64,000 nt of DNA from Candidatus Eiseniibacteriota bacterium (GCA_030600655.1 JAUVLP010000001.1:2022-66021), one strand, 5' to 3'; positions 1 through 13,279 are shown, counted from the stretch's first letter. The notes: generated by a model not told the origin, from the sequence alone. Numbers and translations: made by a program.

Positions 1-2
1 CT

Positions 3-99
3 GTGGGGCTTGCGCTCGACGACAACGGTCGTCTGCTTGTGCTCGACCGTGCCGCCGGTCGGCTGACCATCATCGATCTTGTCTACGGTGCCTGTGAGT
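3..99 (+). CDS. C-terminal fragment of an upstream gene entering the window (hypothetical protein)
   Basis: Open frame from the window edge translating ...NGRLLVLDRAAGRLTIIDLVYGACE and stopping at TGA 97-99, 5 nt before the next gene's ATG. No homology recognised. Confidence 0.3.
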
Positions 100-104
100 G
101 ATCC

Positions 105-3100
105 ATGAATAGGATCCAACGTGCCGCGTCGGCGGTGCTTCCTGTGTCTCTCGTTCTTCTCGTGACGTTCGCCCCGGACGCCCGTGCCGGTCACCTTTCG
201 GTCACAAGCGGTGAACGGGAACTCACGTTCTCGGCGGCCGAGGTTGCCTCGGGAGTAATCCTTCCGGACGCGCTCGTCTTCGCCGGGAGTGACTCCCTTT
301 TCATCGATGGGCGGCCGGCCGTACGTGGCCGTGACTACGCCATTGATCATACAATGGGGCAACTGGTGCTCTCCGTCGCCGTCAGCGAGAGCGCTCAAAT
401 CGTCCTCCGCTACCGCTACTATCCCATCTCTGCTCACGTCGTCTACCGCCGGTCGATCCTCGACTCGTCGGCGCAGTTGCCGGATCTTTTCCTGCGAGCC
501 GGCTCGGCGCCCGATTCGGGGCGGGACTACGCGGCCGGACAGGCGGATGCCGACGGGCACGGGCCCGGAGGAATGGTCGTTGCTTCGGGGGCGGGTCCGG
601 CTGCTCGGACGAAGCCTGCATCACTCAAGGTCGGTGGCGCCAAGACCTTTGGAATCACCGTGGGATCCGGTCGCGACCTCAAGCTGGAGCAGTCACTGCG
701 ACTCAATATCTCAGGCAGGATAACGCGCGATGTGAGCGTGACCGCCTATCTGTCGGACCAGAACACGCCCCTCATTCCAGAGGGAGACACGGAGGAGCTC
801 CGTTCTCTGGACAAGGTACTCGTCGAGATCGAGAGCGAACACGTGACGGCCACGATGGGTGACTATGTTCTTGAAATAGATGGGGGGAGCCTTCTGGATG
901 TGAGACGGGATCTATCTGGTGTCAAGGTCGCAGGGGAAGTGGGGAGGGGGGCAATTGTGCTGGCCGGTGCGCGCGCCGGCGGCGAGTACACAAGCCAGAT
1001 ATTTCGTGGGAGCGCCGGGAAGCAGGGTCCCTATCTTCTTACTGATAGAGCCGGTGCGACCGGGATAACTGTTGTAGCGGGGAGTGAACGCATCTGGCTT
1101 GACGGGGAGAAACTCCGGCGGGGAAAGGACAACGACTATACGATCGAGTACACGGCGGGCGAGATAGAGTTCACCGAGCGCCGGCACATTACGGGTGACA
1201 GCGAGATCGTTGTCGACTACGAGTACGCCACCAGCGACTACAGCAGGAACATCTACGGGGGAAGAACCACATTCGTTGCGGGTGATGGACAGTTTGTCAT
1301 TGGAGCCGGGTTCTTTCGCGAGTCGGACGATCGCGGAGATGCTGCGACCTCCACTCTCACTCAGAGTCAGATAACCGTTCTCGAGGCGGCTGGGGACGAT
1401 ATCGAACTGGCTCACGATGACGGTATCGACTCGCTTGGAATCGGCAATGGGGAGTACACGCTCACTCAAGAGGGGTACTTCGAATACGCGGGAGCCGATT
1501 CAGGGGTCTATGACCTGAGTTTCGAGCGGAGCGGCGGCGCGTACGATTTCGACTATCTTGGGGGTTTCTACTACTACGTGGGTGAGGGTGAAGGCGACTT
1601 TCGCCTGGGCAAGTCGCTTCCCATGCCTCAGGACAAGAGCATCGTGGGACTGGATGGCCGGTGGGAATTCGGACGGGATGGATTCGTTTCTGCCGAGGCT
1701 GCCGTCTCGAGTTTCGACCGGAATACCTTCTCCGATCTGGATGATGAGGACAATCTCGGAAACGCGACCGTCCTGCGTGCATCTACGCCCGGCATTCGCG
1801 TGGGCTTCCTCGGTGGAGTTGAGGCCACCGCCGGTTTCGCCGGAAGGCGTGTTGGGGGCAGCTTCGAGGGAGTGGGGCGCCTCAGAGATGTTCGCTACGA
1901 AGAAGTCTGGGAGCTCAAGGGTCTTGACCTTCCCCGGGAAGAGCTTCTGGGTGAAGGGAAGCTGGCCCTTTCTCTGCCGGGTGGGGGTGGCATCGAGCTG
2001 TCTCAAGGTTCGCTCAAACGTGGTGATGCACTCGAGTCGAATCGAGTGGGATTTTCCATGTCGGCAAGCCCTCTCGAGCGGGGGAGTGTGTGGGCCGGTG
2101 GCGGCCTCGTTGATCTGACACACAGAGTTTCGGCAGACTCGTCGCTCCAGAGGGAACGAGAGTTCTACCGCGCCGGCGCCAGCTACGCATTTGGCCCCGT
2201 TCGGCCGGGCCTGAGCTACAGGCATGACTCCCATATTGAGAACAATGATGGAGAACGCTATGCCGAGCGCGGAGCGTCGGTAGAGAGCTCCGGAAGTGAA
2301 GATGTCAGATTCAGAATTGCGGCGAGCTACCGGGTCACTGAACGGACCTCGGATGGAGGAGCCTGGGCTGAATCGTCTACTACCAGAACGGAGGAGATGA
2401 GTGCAGAGCTCAGGCGCTGGGAGGCGCTGACGGTCGAAGGCAATGTGGTGAGGAAGAAAACGGATGTCGCGGAGGGGTTTGTGGAGCCCGGGACCAAGTA
2501 CGATCTTGCCGCGGTCACGCTCGGCCACCGGTCGATGAACGGTGCCCTCAAGGGGGAGCTCAAGTACTCGGTTACGGCAACCGAGGTAGAGGAGAAGGAA
2601 CGGTTTGTGACTGATGAGGACGGGGTCGAAGTGACGCGCATCGTCTCCACCGGGAATTTTCTGCCGGTGACAGAGCTGTCTGTCGGGAGCAGGTGGTCGC
2701 TTCGTTTCAGAAGCAGCCGCAGGGACGACCGTTGGATGCCCGATCCCAGCGCGTGGAAGAGATTTCTGGCAGGGTTGTCGCTCGAGAGCAGCCTGAAGCT
2801 CAGGGAAGTTACGGGGACGAGTGACAAGGCTCGGCTCTATCTTCTGGATTCGTCCGTGCTCAGAGGAGAGGATACGGTCACCGGAGATCTGACGGGACGC
2901 CACGTTGTAAGGTACAAGTCGAGCGGGGTTCTTTCTGTGCGCTTGGCTGTCAAGACTCGCGACCGGTTGGATCGTGTCTACACCAACTCGCCGGAGGAGC
3001 TGAAGGAGCGTGGCGGGACTCTGGAACTCAAAGTCTCCCCGTCGGGGGGGATCACCTATCGTGTTCAGGTGGATACTGTCGTGAGGGCGCGAGAGGCGGG

Positions 3101-3512
3101 CGGTAGCCTCGAGGACTACGATCTGGATGAACGTTCCATCCTTGCCGAGGTCGGCAGCAGGAAGCTCGGGGGCGCTGAGATCAAGCTGACTGGGCTCTAT
3201 GGGCTTGAGAGTGATGCCGTATCCGACGTCGACGTAGGAGTCTGGCAGATCACCCCGACGCTGATCTATCGTCTCAAGGGGCGAGGCGCCGTGACCGCCA
3301 GCCTGACCCGATCCGGAGTGGAGGTCTCTGGCGGAGCGTTGCCGAGCTACATGGCCGACGGAAGGCTGGCTGGAGCTTCAGCTGAATGGAGGCTTTCCGG
3401 TGACTACAGGTTCAACAGGTTCCTGACGGGAAGTGTTAACTACTCGGGAGAAAGGCGTCCGGATGTCGATGTCAGGCATACGGTCGACATGAGGCTCAAT
3501 GCGTTCTTCTAG
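105..3512 (+). CDS. Large (1135 aa) secreted/outer-membrane protein of unknown function, possibly a TamB-like partner or substrate of the downstream Omp85
   Basis: Uninterrupted 3.4-kb ORF. The N-terminus MNRIQRAASAVLPVSLVLLVTFAPDARA looks like a signal peptide ending in an A-x-A site. Composition is Gly/Asp/Ser/Thr-rich with β-strand-like alternation. The C-terminus ends ...RLNAFF (aromatic terminal residue, typical of OM β-barrel/BAM substrates). It is immediately followed by, and overlaps, an Omp85 gene. Confidence 0.6.
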   Translation: MNRIQRAASAVLPVSLVLLVTFAPDARAGHLSVTSGERELTFSAAEVASGVILPDALVFAGSDSLFIDGRPAVRGRDYAIDHTMGQLVLSVAVSESAQIVLRYRYYPISAHVVYRRSILDSSAQLPDLFLRAGSAPDSGRDYAAGQADADGHGPGGMVVASGAGPAARTKPASLKVGGAKTFGITVGSGRDLKLEQSLRLNISGRITRDVSVTAYLSDQNTPLIPEGDTEELRSLDKVLVEIESEHVTATMGDYVLEIDGGSLLDVRRDLSGVKVAGEVGRGAIVLAGARAGGEYTSQIFRGSAGKQGPYLLTDRAGATGITVVAGSERIWLDGEKLRRGKDNDYTIEYTAGEIEFTERRHITGDSEIVVDYEYATSDYSRNIYGGRTTFVAGDGQFVIGAGFFRESDDRGDAATSTLTQSQITVLEAAGDDIELAHDDGIDSLGIGNGEYTLTQEGYFEYAGADSGVYDLSFERSGGAYDFDYLGGFYYYVGEGEGDFRLGKSLPMPQDKSIVGLDGRWEFGRDGFVSAEAAVSSFDRNTFSDLDDEDNLGNATVLRASTPGIRVGFLGGVEATAGFAGRRVGGSFEGVGRLRDVRYEEVWELKGLDLPREELLGEGKLALSLPGGGGIELSQGSLKRGDALESNRVGFSMSASPLERGSVWAGGGLVDLTHRVSADSSLQREREFYRAGASYAFGPVRPGLSYRHDSHIENNDGERYAERGASVESSGSEDVRFRIAASYRVTERTSDGGAWAESSTTRTEEMSAELRRWEALTVEGNVVRKKTDVAEGFVEPGTKYDLAAVTLGHRSMNGALKGELKYSVTATEVEEKERFVTDEDGVEVTRIVSTGNFLPVTELSVGSRWSLRFRSSRRDDRWMPDPSAWKRFLAGLSLESSLKLREVTGTSDKARLYLLDSSVLRGEDTVTGDLTGRHVVRYKSSGVLSVRLAVKTRDRLDRVYTNSPEELKERGGTLELKVSPSGGITYRVQVDTVVRAREAGGSLEDYDLDERSILAEVGSRKLGGAEIKLTGLYGLESDAVSDVDVGVWQITPTLIYRLKGRGAVTASLTRSGVEVSGGALPSYMADGRLAGASAEWRLSGDYRFNRFLTGSVNYSGERRPDVDVRHTVDMRLNAFF

Positions 3513-5346
3513 CACAAGAGAGAGTTCGGATACGTTGATCAAGCGACGCCGCTTGCACTGTGGTGTGCTCATCGCAGCACTGTTCTGTGCGCTTGTCGGA
3601 TCAGGGGCTCGTGTGGGGGCGGCCGGTTTGCCCGCCTCCGTCGATGCCTTGACGAGCGCGCAGGCCGGCACCGGAGAATCGGCGAGCGCGCAGTCGGGCG
3701 CCGTCGCCTCGGACGGTGTTCTGATAGCGCGCGTCGAGATCGAAGGCCACAAGAGCATGAGCCGTCGCGAGGCTGCGAGGGCGCTCGATCTCAGGTCCGG
3801 CGATGTGTTTGACACTACGCGCGTGCGCGCGGGAGTCGACTCGTTACTGGTTCTGCTCGTCACTCGCGGTCGTCCATTTGGCCGGGTGGAAATGGACTGG
3901 ATAGACAGCCCCGACGGTCTTCTGGTTCACGTGGAGATAGATGAAGGTCCCGATGCCAGACTGGACATCGTTCGCCTGACGGGTGTGGATGGGTTGGATG
4001 AGGCAGATCTCAGACGACGGATGGAACTCGGTTCTGGAGACGTGCTCAGCCTGATGTCGCTTGAGGACGATATCTACTCGATTCTGGACTGGTACGCTGC
4101 GACCGGTCGTCCCTTTGCAACGGTTACTCCGGAGATCTCAGTTGCGCGGAGAAGTGAACGTCCCACTCTGGAGCTGGACATCCATGAGAGTGCGGCCGTT
4201 CGCTTTGGACAGGTGTTTCTCTTCGGAAACGATCTGACGCGCGATGGCGTGATCGTCCGGGAGACCGGGATCATCCCGGGACGGTCCTACGACGCGCGCA
4301 TCCTGAAAGCCGTACGTCCGCAGCTCGAACGACTCGGGATATTCTCGGAGGTTCAAGAGCCGGTCGTGGTGTTCGATCCTGTGACCGGGGACGCCGCCGT
4401 GGGCATCGTCGTATCCGAGCGAACGGTGAACAGCATATCCGGGCTTCTTGGGTACGCGCCCGACACCGAGGGCGGTGGGGAATTCACCGGGCTGGTCGAC
4501 ATACATCTCGGAAATATGGCCGGCACGGGGCGTAAGGCGGCGGCTTCGTGGGAGCGTCTGCAGCCCCGGCATGAGCGCATCACGTTCAGATACGAGGAAC
4601 CGTGGCTCTTTGGGGCGCCTGTCAACGTCGGCGTTCGAGGCGAGCAGGTGATACGAGACACGCTCTACACGACGGTGGAGGCGGATCTTTTCGTATCGGC
4701 ACATTTCGGTCCACGCACGACCGTCACCTGGTCGGTCGGCAGTGAGCGATACGTACCTGGGGGGCCGGAGGAGTCGACCACAGAAGGTTACAGGACAGCA
4801 GTCGAGGCTGGATACGACGCGCGGGACGATGCGCTGAATCCACGCCGGGGCGCCTACCTGGGTGGAAGACTCGAGTATCGCGACCAGGAAGTGCGGGAGT
4901 CCCAGGGAGATTACAGGACAGGCAGGCTCGCGGTCGACTGCGAGGTCGTGATCCCGACCCGGGAGGACCAGGTGATCTCAGTTCGGGCGGAACTCACGGG
5001 GATGGCTTCGACCCGGGATGAGATACCGCTCCACGAACAGATCACGCTCGGCGGCGCGAACAGCCTGCGTGGCTACAAAGAAGAGCAATTCCGCGGTTCC
5101 CGGGTCGCCCTTGGCAGCCTCGAGTACCGTTTCTTGCTCGGGAGAACTTCGAGGGCGATAGCCTTCTTCGATGCGGGATATTTCTACAGACAGAGCCCTG
5201 GATTCGCGAAAGGCACAAAGCTGGGATACGGAATCGGGTTGCGGGGCGAAACGCGCTTGGGTACAATCGCGATTGACTACGGGTTAGGTGAGGATGACAG
5301 TTTCCTCGACGGCAAACTGCACGTAGGTCTGATCCGCGCATTCTAG
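3499..5346 (+). CDS. Omp85 family outer-membrane protein assembly/translocation factor (TamA/BamA-like, POTRA domains + surface-antigen β-barrel)
   Basis: 615 aa with an N-terminal signal peptide (KRRRLHCGVLIAALFCALVGSGARVGAA). It has POTRA-like segments (VEIEGHKSMSRREAARALDLRSGDVFD..., VRLTGVDGLDEADLRRRMELGSGDVLS...). The C-terminal β-barrel ends ...HVGLIRAF (terminal Phe). The size fits a 3-POTRA TamA better than a 5-POTRA BamA. The annotated ATG at 3499 overlaps the upstream stop by 14 nt; a TTG at about 3535 is an alternative start. Confidence 0.75.
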   Translation: MRSSSTRESSDTLIKRRRLHCGVLIAALFCALVGSGARVGAAGLPASVDALTSAQAGTGESASAQSGAVASDGVLIARVEIEGHKSMSRREAARALDLRSGDVFDTTRVRAGVDSLLVLLVTRGRPFGRVEMDWIDSPDGLLVHVEIDEGPDARLDIVRLTGVDGLDEADLRRRMELGSGDVLSLMSLEDDIYSILDWYAATGRPFATVTPEISVARRSERPTLELDIHESAAVRFGQVFLFGNDLTRDGVIVRETGIIPGRSYDARILKAVRPQLERLGIFSEVQEPVVVFDPVTGDAAVGIVVSERTVNSISGLLGYAPDTEGGGEFTGLVDIHLGNMAGTGRKAAASWERLQPRHERITFRYEEPWLFGAPVNVGVRGEQVIRDTLYTTVEADLFVSAHFGPRTTVTWSVGSERYVPGGPEESTTEGYRTAVEAGYDARDDALNPRRGAYLGGRLEYRDQEVRESQGDYRTGRLAVDCEVVIPTREDQVISVRAELTGMASTRDEIPLHEQITLGGANSLRGYKEEQFRGSRVALGSLEYRFLLGRTSRAIAFFDAGYFYRQSPGFAKGTKLGYGIGLRGETRLGTIAIDYGLGEDDSFLDGKLHVGLIRAF

Positions 5347-7407
<2,061 letters not shown>

Positions 7408-7445
7408 CAGTAGTAGCTGCAACACAGGAGGGGGAGGGGCGGATC

Positions 7446-8735
7446 ATGCTGATGATGAAGGAGGCCCGGAAGGGCCATGCAACAGAAGAGCTCGAGGCGG
7501 TCGCCCGTGAAGAGGGAGTCCCGATCGAGGAACTCATGGCCAATGTAGCGGCCGGTAGAGTAGCGATACTCAAGAACAACAGGAGCTCCCACCGTCCTGT
7601 TGGTGTGGGGAAGGGTCTCAGGACGAAGGTGAATGCCAACCTGGGGACGTCGACGGATGCATCGGATATCGACGAGGAACTCGCAAAGGTGGATGCGGCG
7701 GTAGAGGCGGGCGCGGACGCAGTGATGGATCTTTCTACCGGCGGCGATCTCGATGCTATTCGGAAGGCGGTCGTCGACCGCTCACCAGTGCCGGTCGGGA
7801 CGGTCCCCATCTATCAGGCGGCCGTGCGCACGCGGCGCTCCGGAAGGGGCATGGTCAACATGACCGGGGATGAGATACTCGGCGCTGTGGCGGACCATCT
7901 CAGGGACGGCGTTGATTTCATCACCGTTCACTGTGGTGTGACGAGGGAGGTTGCCGAGCACTGCCGCAGGTCGCGCAGACTGGCAGACGTTGTCAGTCGC
8001 GGTGGTTCATTCCTGATGGAGTGGATGTCTTACAACGACAAGGAGAACCCACTCTACGAACGGTACGATGAACTGCTGGATATCACTGCTGAATACGATG
8101 CTACGATCAGCCTCGGCGACGGTCTCAGGCCGGGCGCTCTTGCCGACGCCAACGACGCCGCGCAGATAGCTGAGCTCACGGTCATCTCCGAACTCGTACA
8201 GAGAGCGCGGGAGAAAGGTGTCCAGACCATTGTGGAGGGGCCGGGCCATGTGCCTCTTAACTTGGTGGCATCGTCCGTCGAACTCGAGAAATCGCTTTGT
8301 GATGAGGCTCCGTTCTACGTCCTTGGACCACTGGTTACCGACATCGCGCCCGGCTACGATCACATCGGGGCAGCGATCGGAGGTGCTGTGATCGCCATGG
8401 CAGGCGCCGATTTCCTCTGCTACGTGACCCCGGCTGAGCATCTCAGGCTTCCGGATGTAGACGATGTCCGGGAGGGCGTGTACACGTTCCGGCTGGCCGC
8501 TCATGCGGCTGACATCGCCAAGGGTGTTCGCGGCGCACGGGATTGGGACGACAAGTTTTCAGCTGCCCGCAAGGCGTTGGACTGGGACACCATGATGGAT
8601 CTTTGTCTGGACAAGGATAAGGCAAAGGCCTCGCGCGAAAGGGCGCTTCCCTCGGATGAAAGACTGTGCTCCATGTGTGGGGAATTCTGCGCCGTCAAGA
8701 AAATGACCGATGTCAGGGAGAAGGAGGGTGGGTGA
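7446..8735 (+). CDS. thiC: Phosphomethylpyrimidine synthase (radical SAM, thiamine biosynthesis)
   Basis: ThiC-like throughout (ARKGHATEELE..., VHCGVTREV...). The C-terminal CSMCGEFCAVKKM cluster motif (CxxCxxxxC) is present. The first ATG (MLMMKE) sits after a GGAGGGGGAGGGG Shine-Dalgarno. The track ORF begins earlier at a TTG overlapping the ligA stop. Confidence 0.9.
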   Translation: MLMMKEARKGHATEELEAVAREEGVPIEELMANVAAGRVAILKNNRSSHRPVGVGKGLRTKVNANLGTSTDASDIDEELAKVDAAVEAGADAVMDLSTGGDLDAIRKAVVDRSPVPVGTVPIYQAAVRTRRSGRGMVNMTGDEILGAVADHLRDGVDFITVHCGVTREVAEHCRRSRRLADVVSRGGSFLMEWMSYNDKENPLYERYDELLDITAEYDATISLGDGLRPGALADANDAAQIAELTVISELVQRAREKGVQTIVEGPGHVPLNLVASSVELEKSLCDEAPFYVLGPLVTDIAPGYDHIGAAIGGAVIAMAGADFLCYVTPAEHLRLPDVDDVREGVYTFRLAAHAADIAKGVRGARDWDDKFSAARKALDWDTMMDLCLDKDKAKASRERALPSDERLCSMCGEFCAVKKMTDVREKEGG

Positions 8736-8737
8736 GG

Positions 8738-11602
8738 ATGGGAAGTGGACCGAAGGAATACCCTCGGACCTTCGTCGGGATAGACCTGGAGACGACCGGG
8801 CTTGAGATGCACCAGGACCGCATCATTGAAATTGGCGCGGTCCGCGTCACGGACGGCAAGATTGATGGGCGCTTCGAAGCTCTCGTCAATCCCGGTATAC
8901 CCATTCCCACAGACGTGGTCTTCCTCACGGGTATTACAAACGAGGACGTGGCCGACGCTCCCGGGATAGATGACGTGCTCCCCAGTCTCATCGAGTTCGT
9001 GGGGGATGCTCCCCTTGTTGCGCACAACGCTCCGTTCGACCTTGGCTTTCTCGCCAAAGCGGCCGACAACAGGCCCGAGTTCCTCATGGGTGGCGCGGGG
9101 GTGTTCGATACGCTGACTGTCGGGCGCGCCCTTGTTCCGAGACTCGACAACCACCGCCTGACCACGCTCGCCGCATTCTTCGGCATCGAACTCGCGAGGG
9201 CACACCGCGCTGGCGACGACGCCGGCGCCACTGCGCTTCTACTCGTCGCTCTACTGGGTGTTCTCGATCAGGTCGGTTCGGCCATTCTGAATCGCATGTC
9301 CGCATTCTCGGACCCCCAGACGAAGCTTCTGATAGACGCGGCTAGAGTTCGGTCCGAGGGGCGCCTCGATCCGTTCGCGGTTCCCGACCACGGAGAGAAG
9401 GAGCAGAGGCTTCTGCGCTACGACATCGCACGCGGAATGGAGTTCTCGAGGGTAGCGCGAGAGGAGCGGCTGAGCATAGATCTGGACATGGTCGAAGCAG
9501 TCTTTGAAGAGAGCGGACCGATAGCGTCCAGGCTTCCCGAATATGAGGAGCGACGCGAACAGTTGGAAATGATGCGGGCGGTCGGCGATTCTTTCAACAG
9601 CGGCATCGATCTCATCGTCGAGGCAGGGACGGGCGTCGGCAAGTCTTTGGCCTATCTTGTTCCGGCGGCGCACTTCGCAGTGATGAATGGCGAGCGTGTC
9701 ATCGTCTCGACGAATACTAAGAATCTTCAAGAACAGCTTTTCAATAAGGATGTTCCCTTTCTGGAGGACGCGCTCGATCTCAAGTTCAGTGTCTCGCTTC
9801 TAAAAGGGCGGGGGAACTATCTCTGTCGGCGGAGGTGGGCGCAGCTTTCCGAGCGCAGCCTTTCCCCGCAGGAGCGTTCGGTCCTTCTGCCGCTTGTTCT
9901 CTGGGAAGCCGAGACGCGCTCAGGTGATGTCAGCGAAGCGGTTCCGGTGAGACGCTACGGTTATCTCTGGAGCAAGGTGGCAGCGGACAGCGGGCCGTGC
10001 ATGGGGCAGAAGTGCCCGATGAACAGTGAGTGCTATCTGATGCAGGCGCGGCGGGCATCCCAGGACGCACACATTGTTATCATCAATCATTCGCTCCTTT
10101 TCAGTGACAGCGAGACCGACAACAAGGTTCTGGGAGAGTATTCCTATCTTATCTGCGATGAGGCCCACAATCTTGAGCGTGTTGCTACCGAGCACCTGGG
10201 GCGGCGAGCTAGCGTCTGGAGAGCGCGTACGGTTCTCGACGGGGTCTACCGGACTGACGGTGTGGACACCGGGATCGTGGCAGATATTCTCACGGAGCTC
10301 TCGGGGCAGGAAGACGGAGGAATGCTGTCGACGGTGAGAACGGCGGCCGAACGCCTTAGGGGCGAGGTGGAAGACGCCCGGCGAGCCGTGGAGACCTTCT
10401 TCAAGATCCTGTCGACCGCGCATGTCGAACTCAACGCAGGGAGGGCCGTCGAGTACGGTAAGCTGAGATATCGACCGGGAAGCCCGGTCTCGGATGTCAT
10501 CCCAGAGGAGCTAGCCCTGGCGACATCGACGCTCGCTCGCGCCGGGAACTCGATCGCTGCGCTCGCTGACCTCGTTGCCGATTCCGGTCTGGAACGCGCC
10601 GATTCCATCTTTCAGGGTCTCGAGTTCGATGCGGCCCGCGTCGGAGGATTGGCCGATGACCTCAGCTATCTCGCCGGGGCACAGGACCCTGACAGCGTGT
10701 TCTGGCTTGAGGTCAGGTCGTTCCGGGATCATCTGGAGTGCGAACTGCGGTGCGCGCCGGTGAGTGTTGCGGAAAAGATGGGAGACTTTCTTTACTCGAA
10801 GATTGAATCACTCATTATGACATCTGCGACACTGACGGTAGATGGGAGGTTCGATTTCCTGTTCGAGAGGCTTGGCTTGGACCAGCTTCCCGATTGGAAG
10901 GTGCTGACGCTCGACGTCGGGAGTCCGTACGATTACGACGCGCAGGCCCTGGCTGTCGTGGCCGGCTATCTCAAACCGCCTTCATCGCCGGGCTTCAATC
11001 ATGTTGTCAGCGATCTCGTTGCCAAACTGGCAATGCCCGCCACAGGCGGCACTCTCGTTCTCTTCACGTCGAGGGCAGCACTCAACGCCGTCTTCGGGGA
11101 GGTGCGGGGCAAGCTGGCCGGTTCCGGCAAACTGATACTCGCGCAGGGACACGGTGGTGCGCCCTCGGTGCTCCTGAACGAGTTCGCTCGAAGCACGGAC
11201 TCCGTTCTTCTTGCGACGAGCAGTTTCTGGGAGGGGGTCGATGTGCCTGGCCGCTCGCTCGAGCTGTTGATCATTGTCAAGCTCCCGTTCCCGGTCCCGT
11301 CAGATCCTGTCGTGCAGGCGCACTGTGAACGATACGAACAGGACGGTGAACGCTCATTCGACAAGTACATGGTCCCGCGGACGGCGATAGGTCTCAGGCA
11401 GGGTTTCGGCCGCCTGATCCGCTCGACGACCGACACGGGGGCGGTAGTGTTTCTAGACAGCAGACTCGACGGCAAGTCATACGGCCCGCGGCTTCTGGAT
11501 GAGCTTCCTACTCGCGCTATGGTCGCAAGATGCGAGTCGGAGCTTCTGTCCGTAGTCGAGGGACTGCATGTCTGTACTGAGACAGCTGAAGGAGATCAGT
11601 AA
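8738..11602 (+). CDS. dinG: Bifunctional 3'-5' exonuclease (DnaQ-like DEDDh) / DinG-family ATP-dependent DNA helicase
   Basis: N-terminus [26 protein letters not shown]...[10 protein letters not shown]...HRAGDDA shows the Exo I/II/III motifs of an epsilon-like exonuclease. It is followed by a superfamily-2 helicase with Walker [14 protein letters not shown], the DEAH box ICDEAHNL, and Fe-S-domain Cys residues (CPMNSECY) as in DinG/XPD. AAGGAGGG precedes the ATG at 8738, which lies 2 nt after the thiC stop. Confidence 0.85.
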   Translation: MGSGPKEYPRTFVGIDLETTGLEMHQDRIIEIGAVRVTDGKIDGRFEALVNPGIPIPTDVVFLTGITNEDVADAPGIDDVLPSLIEFVGDAPLVAHNAPFDLGFLAKAADNRPEFLMGGAGVFDTLTVGRALVPRLDNHRLTTLAAFFGIELARAHRAGDDAGATALLLVALLGVLDQVGSAILNRMSAFSDPQTKLLIDAARVRSEGRLDPFAVPDHGEKEQRLLRYDIARGMEFSRVAREERLSIDLDMVEAVFEESGPIASRLPEYEERREQLEMMRAVGDSFNSGIDLIVEAGTGVGKSLAYLVPAAHFAVMNGERVIVSTNTKNLQEQLFNKDVPFLEDALDLKFSVSLLKGRGNYLCRRRWAQLSERSLSPQERSVLLPLVLWEAETRSGDVSEAVPVRRYGYLWSKVAADSGPCMGQKCPMNSECYLMQARRASQDAHIVIINHSLLFSDSETDNKVLGEYSYLICDEAHNLERVATEHLGRRASVWRARTVLDGVYRTDGVDTGIVADILTELSGQEDGGMLSTVRTAAERLRGEVEDARRAVETFFKILSTAHVELNAGRAVEYGKLRYRPGSPVSDVIPEELALATSTLARAGNSIAALADLVADSGLERADSIFQGLEFDAARVGGLADDLSYLAGAQDPDSVFWLEVRSFRDHLECELRCAPVSVAEKMGDFLYSKIESLIMTSATLTVDGRFDFLFERLGLDQLPDWKVLTLDVGSPYDYDAQALAVVAGYLKPPSSPGFNHVVSDLVAKLAMPATGGTLVLFTSRAALNAVFGEVRGKLAGSGKLILAQGHGGAPSVLLNEFARSTDSVLLATSSFWEGVDVPGRSLELLIIVKLPFPVPSDPVVQAHCERYEQDGERSFDKYMVPRTAIGLRQGFGRLIRSTTDTGAVVFLDSRLDGKSYGPRLLDELPTRAMVARCESELLSVVEGLHVCTETAEGDQ

Positions 11603-13266
11603 TGAACGGAGAATCGAGGAGGATCAGGGCTCCGCGGGGAGCCACGCTTTCCTGCAAGGGGTGGTTGCAGGAGGCGGCGATGCGTATGCTCATGAACAAC
11701 CTCGACCCGGAGGTAGCGGAGAATCCAGATGAACTGGTCGTCTACGGGGGAAGTGGAAAAGCGGCCAGGAACTGGGGTGCATATGATGCGATCGTGAAGA
11801 CCCTGCTTGAACTCGAATCCGATGAGACGCTGCTTGTTCAGTCGGGCAAACCGGTCGGGGTGTTCAAGACACACGAGGATGCGCCCAGAGTGCTCATAGC
11901 TAACTCGAACCTGGTTGGCGATTGGGCGACGTGGGAACAGTTCCGTGAGCTGGAGCGCCAGGGGCTCATCATGTACGGCCAGATGACGGCGGGGAGCTGG
12001 ATCTACATAGGTACCCAGGGGATTCTTCAGGGTACCTACGAGACGCTGGTTGAACTCGCCAGGCAGCATTTCGATGGCGACCTCTCGGGGCGCCTCGTTC
12101 TCACAGGCGGCATGGGGGGAATGGGGGGCGCCCAGCCTCTCGCGGTAACCATGAGCGGCGGAGTCTGCTTGGATATCGAGGTGGACGCGGAGCGGATTCA
12201 GAAACGTCTCGACGGGGACTACTGCGATCGCATGACCGACGATCTCGACGAAGCTCTCAGGCTTGCCAATGCGGCGGTCGCCGCGCGTGAGCCACTGTCG
12301 ATAGGGTTGGTGGGCAACTGCGCGGATGTGCTTCCCGAGCTTGTGCGGCGTGGTGTGACCCCCGATGTGGTGACCGACCAGACGTCAGCTCATGATTCCC
12401 TGGGTGGCTACGTTCCCGGCGGGATGTCTCTCTGTGACGCGCTTGCGTTGAGGAAGAGCGATCCTGAGCGGTACATGGAGCTCTCAATGGAATCGATGGC
12501 CGAGCACGTGAGAGCCATCCTCACGATGCAGGAGCGCGGCGCCGTAGCGTTCGACTATGGGAACAATCTGAGGGGACAGGCCATGTCGGCGGGTGTTGAG
12601 AACGCGTTCGACTATCCGGGTTTTGTGCCTGCCTACATTCGCCCGCTCTTCTGCACGGGGAAGGGGCCGTTCCGCTGGGTGGCTCTCTCAGGAGATCCCG
12701 AGGACATCTACAAGACAGATGATGTGATAGTGAGAGAATTTCCCGAGGACGAGGCTCTCGTACGCTGGATCAAGCTTGCGAGGGAGAGAGTCACGTTTCA
12801 GGGTCTCCCGTCTCGCATCTGCTGGTTGGGCTATGGGGAGAGGGCACGCTTCGGGCGGATCATCAATGACATGGTCGCGTCCGGCGAGATAAGCGCACCC
12901 ATCGTGATCGGGCGCGATCACCTGGACAGCGGTTCCGTTGCCTCGCCCTACCGTGAGACCGAGGCCATGAAGGACGGAAGCGACGCAATCGCGGACTGGC
13001 CTGTTCTCAATGCGCTTCTCAACGCGGTCGGTGGGGCGACGTGGATATCGTTCCATCATGGCGGCGGAGTCGGCATCGGCAAATCGCTTCATGCCGGCAT
13101 GGTCATAGTTGCCGACGGTACGCCCGAGGCTGCCCGGCGTCTCGAGAGAGTTCTTACCACAGATCCTGGAACCGGTGTCATGAGGCACGTGGATGCCGGA
13201 TACGAGGAGGCAATTGAGTTCGCTGCCGGCAGAGGGATCAAGATCCCGATGCTCGACAGCGCATAG
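11602..13266 (+). CDS. hutU: Urocanate hydratase (urocanase)
   Basis: 554 aa. ...[69 protein letters not shown]... is highly characteristic of HutU. The ATG overlaps the dinG TAA (TAATG). Confidence 0.95.
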   Translation: MNGESRRIRAPRGATLSCKGWLQEAAMRMLMNNLDPEVAENPDELVVYGGSGKAARNWGAYDAIVKTLLELESDETLLVQSGKPVGVFKTHEDAPRVLIANSNLVGDWATWEQFRELERQGLIMYGQMTAGSWIYIGTQGILQGTYETLVELARQHFDGDLSGRLVLTGGMGGMGGAQPLAVTMSGGVCLDIEVDAERIQKRLDGDYCDRMTDDLDEALRLANAAVAAREPLSIGLVGNCADVLPELVRRGVTPDVVTDQTSAHDSLGGYVPGGMSLCDALALRKSDPERYMELSMESMAEHVRAILTMQERGAVAFDYGNNLRGQAMSAGVENAFDYPGFVPAYIRPLFCTGKGPFRWVALSGDPEDIYKTDDVIVREFPEDEALVRWIKLARERVTFQGLPSRICWLGYGERARFGRIINDMVASGEISAPIVIGRDHLDSGSVASPYRETEAMKDGSDAIADWPVLNALLNAVGGATWISFHHGGGVGIGKSLHAGMVIVADGTPEAARRLERVLTTDPGTGVMRHVDAGYEEAIEFAAGRGIKIPMLDSA

Positions 13267-13279
13267 CGAGGGAGTTCTC

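Noticed and set aside
1500-2903. Long - strand ORF (467 aa) inside the 1135-aa + strand gene
   Set aside because: It lies antisense to a clearly coding, signal-peptide-bearing ORF and has an Arg/Pro/Ser-rich, low-complexity translation typical of GC-rich antisense frames.
8666-8737. Upstream extension of the dinG ORF (and similar TTG/GTG-initiated extensions of thiC, hutI, plsX, comEA, korD and the response regulator in the ORF track)
   Set aside because: The extensions overlap the preceding gene's 3' end. In each case the first ATG or GTG after the upstream stop has a good Shine-Dalgarno and gives a protein N-terminus matching the family.
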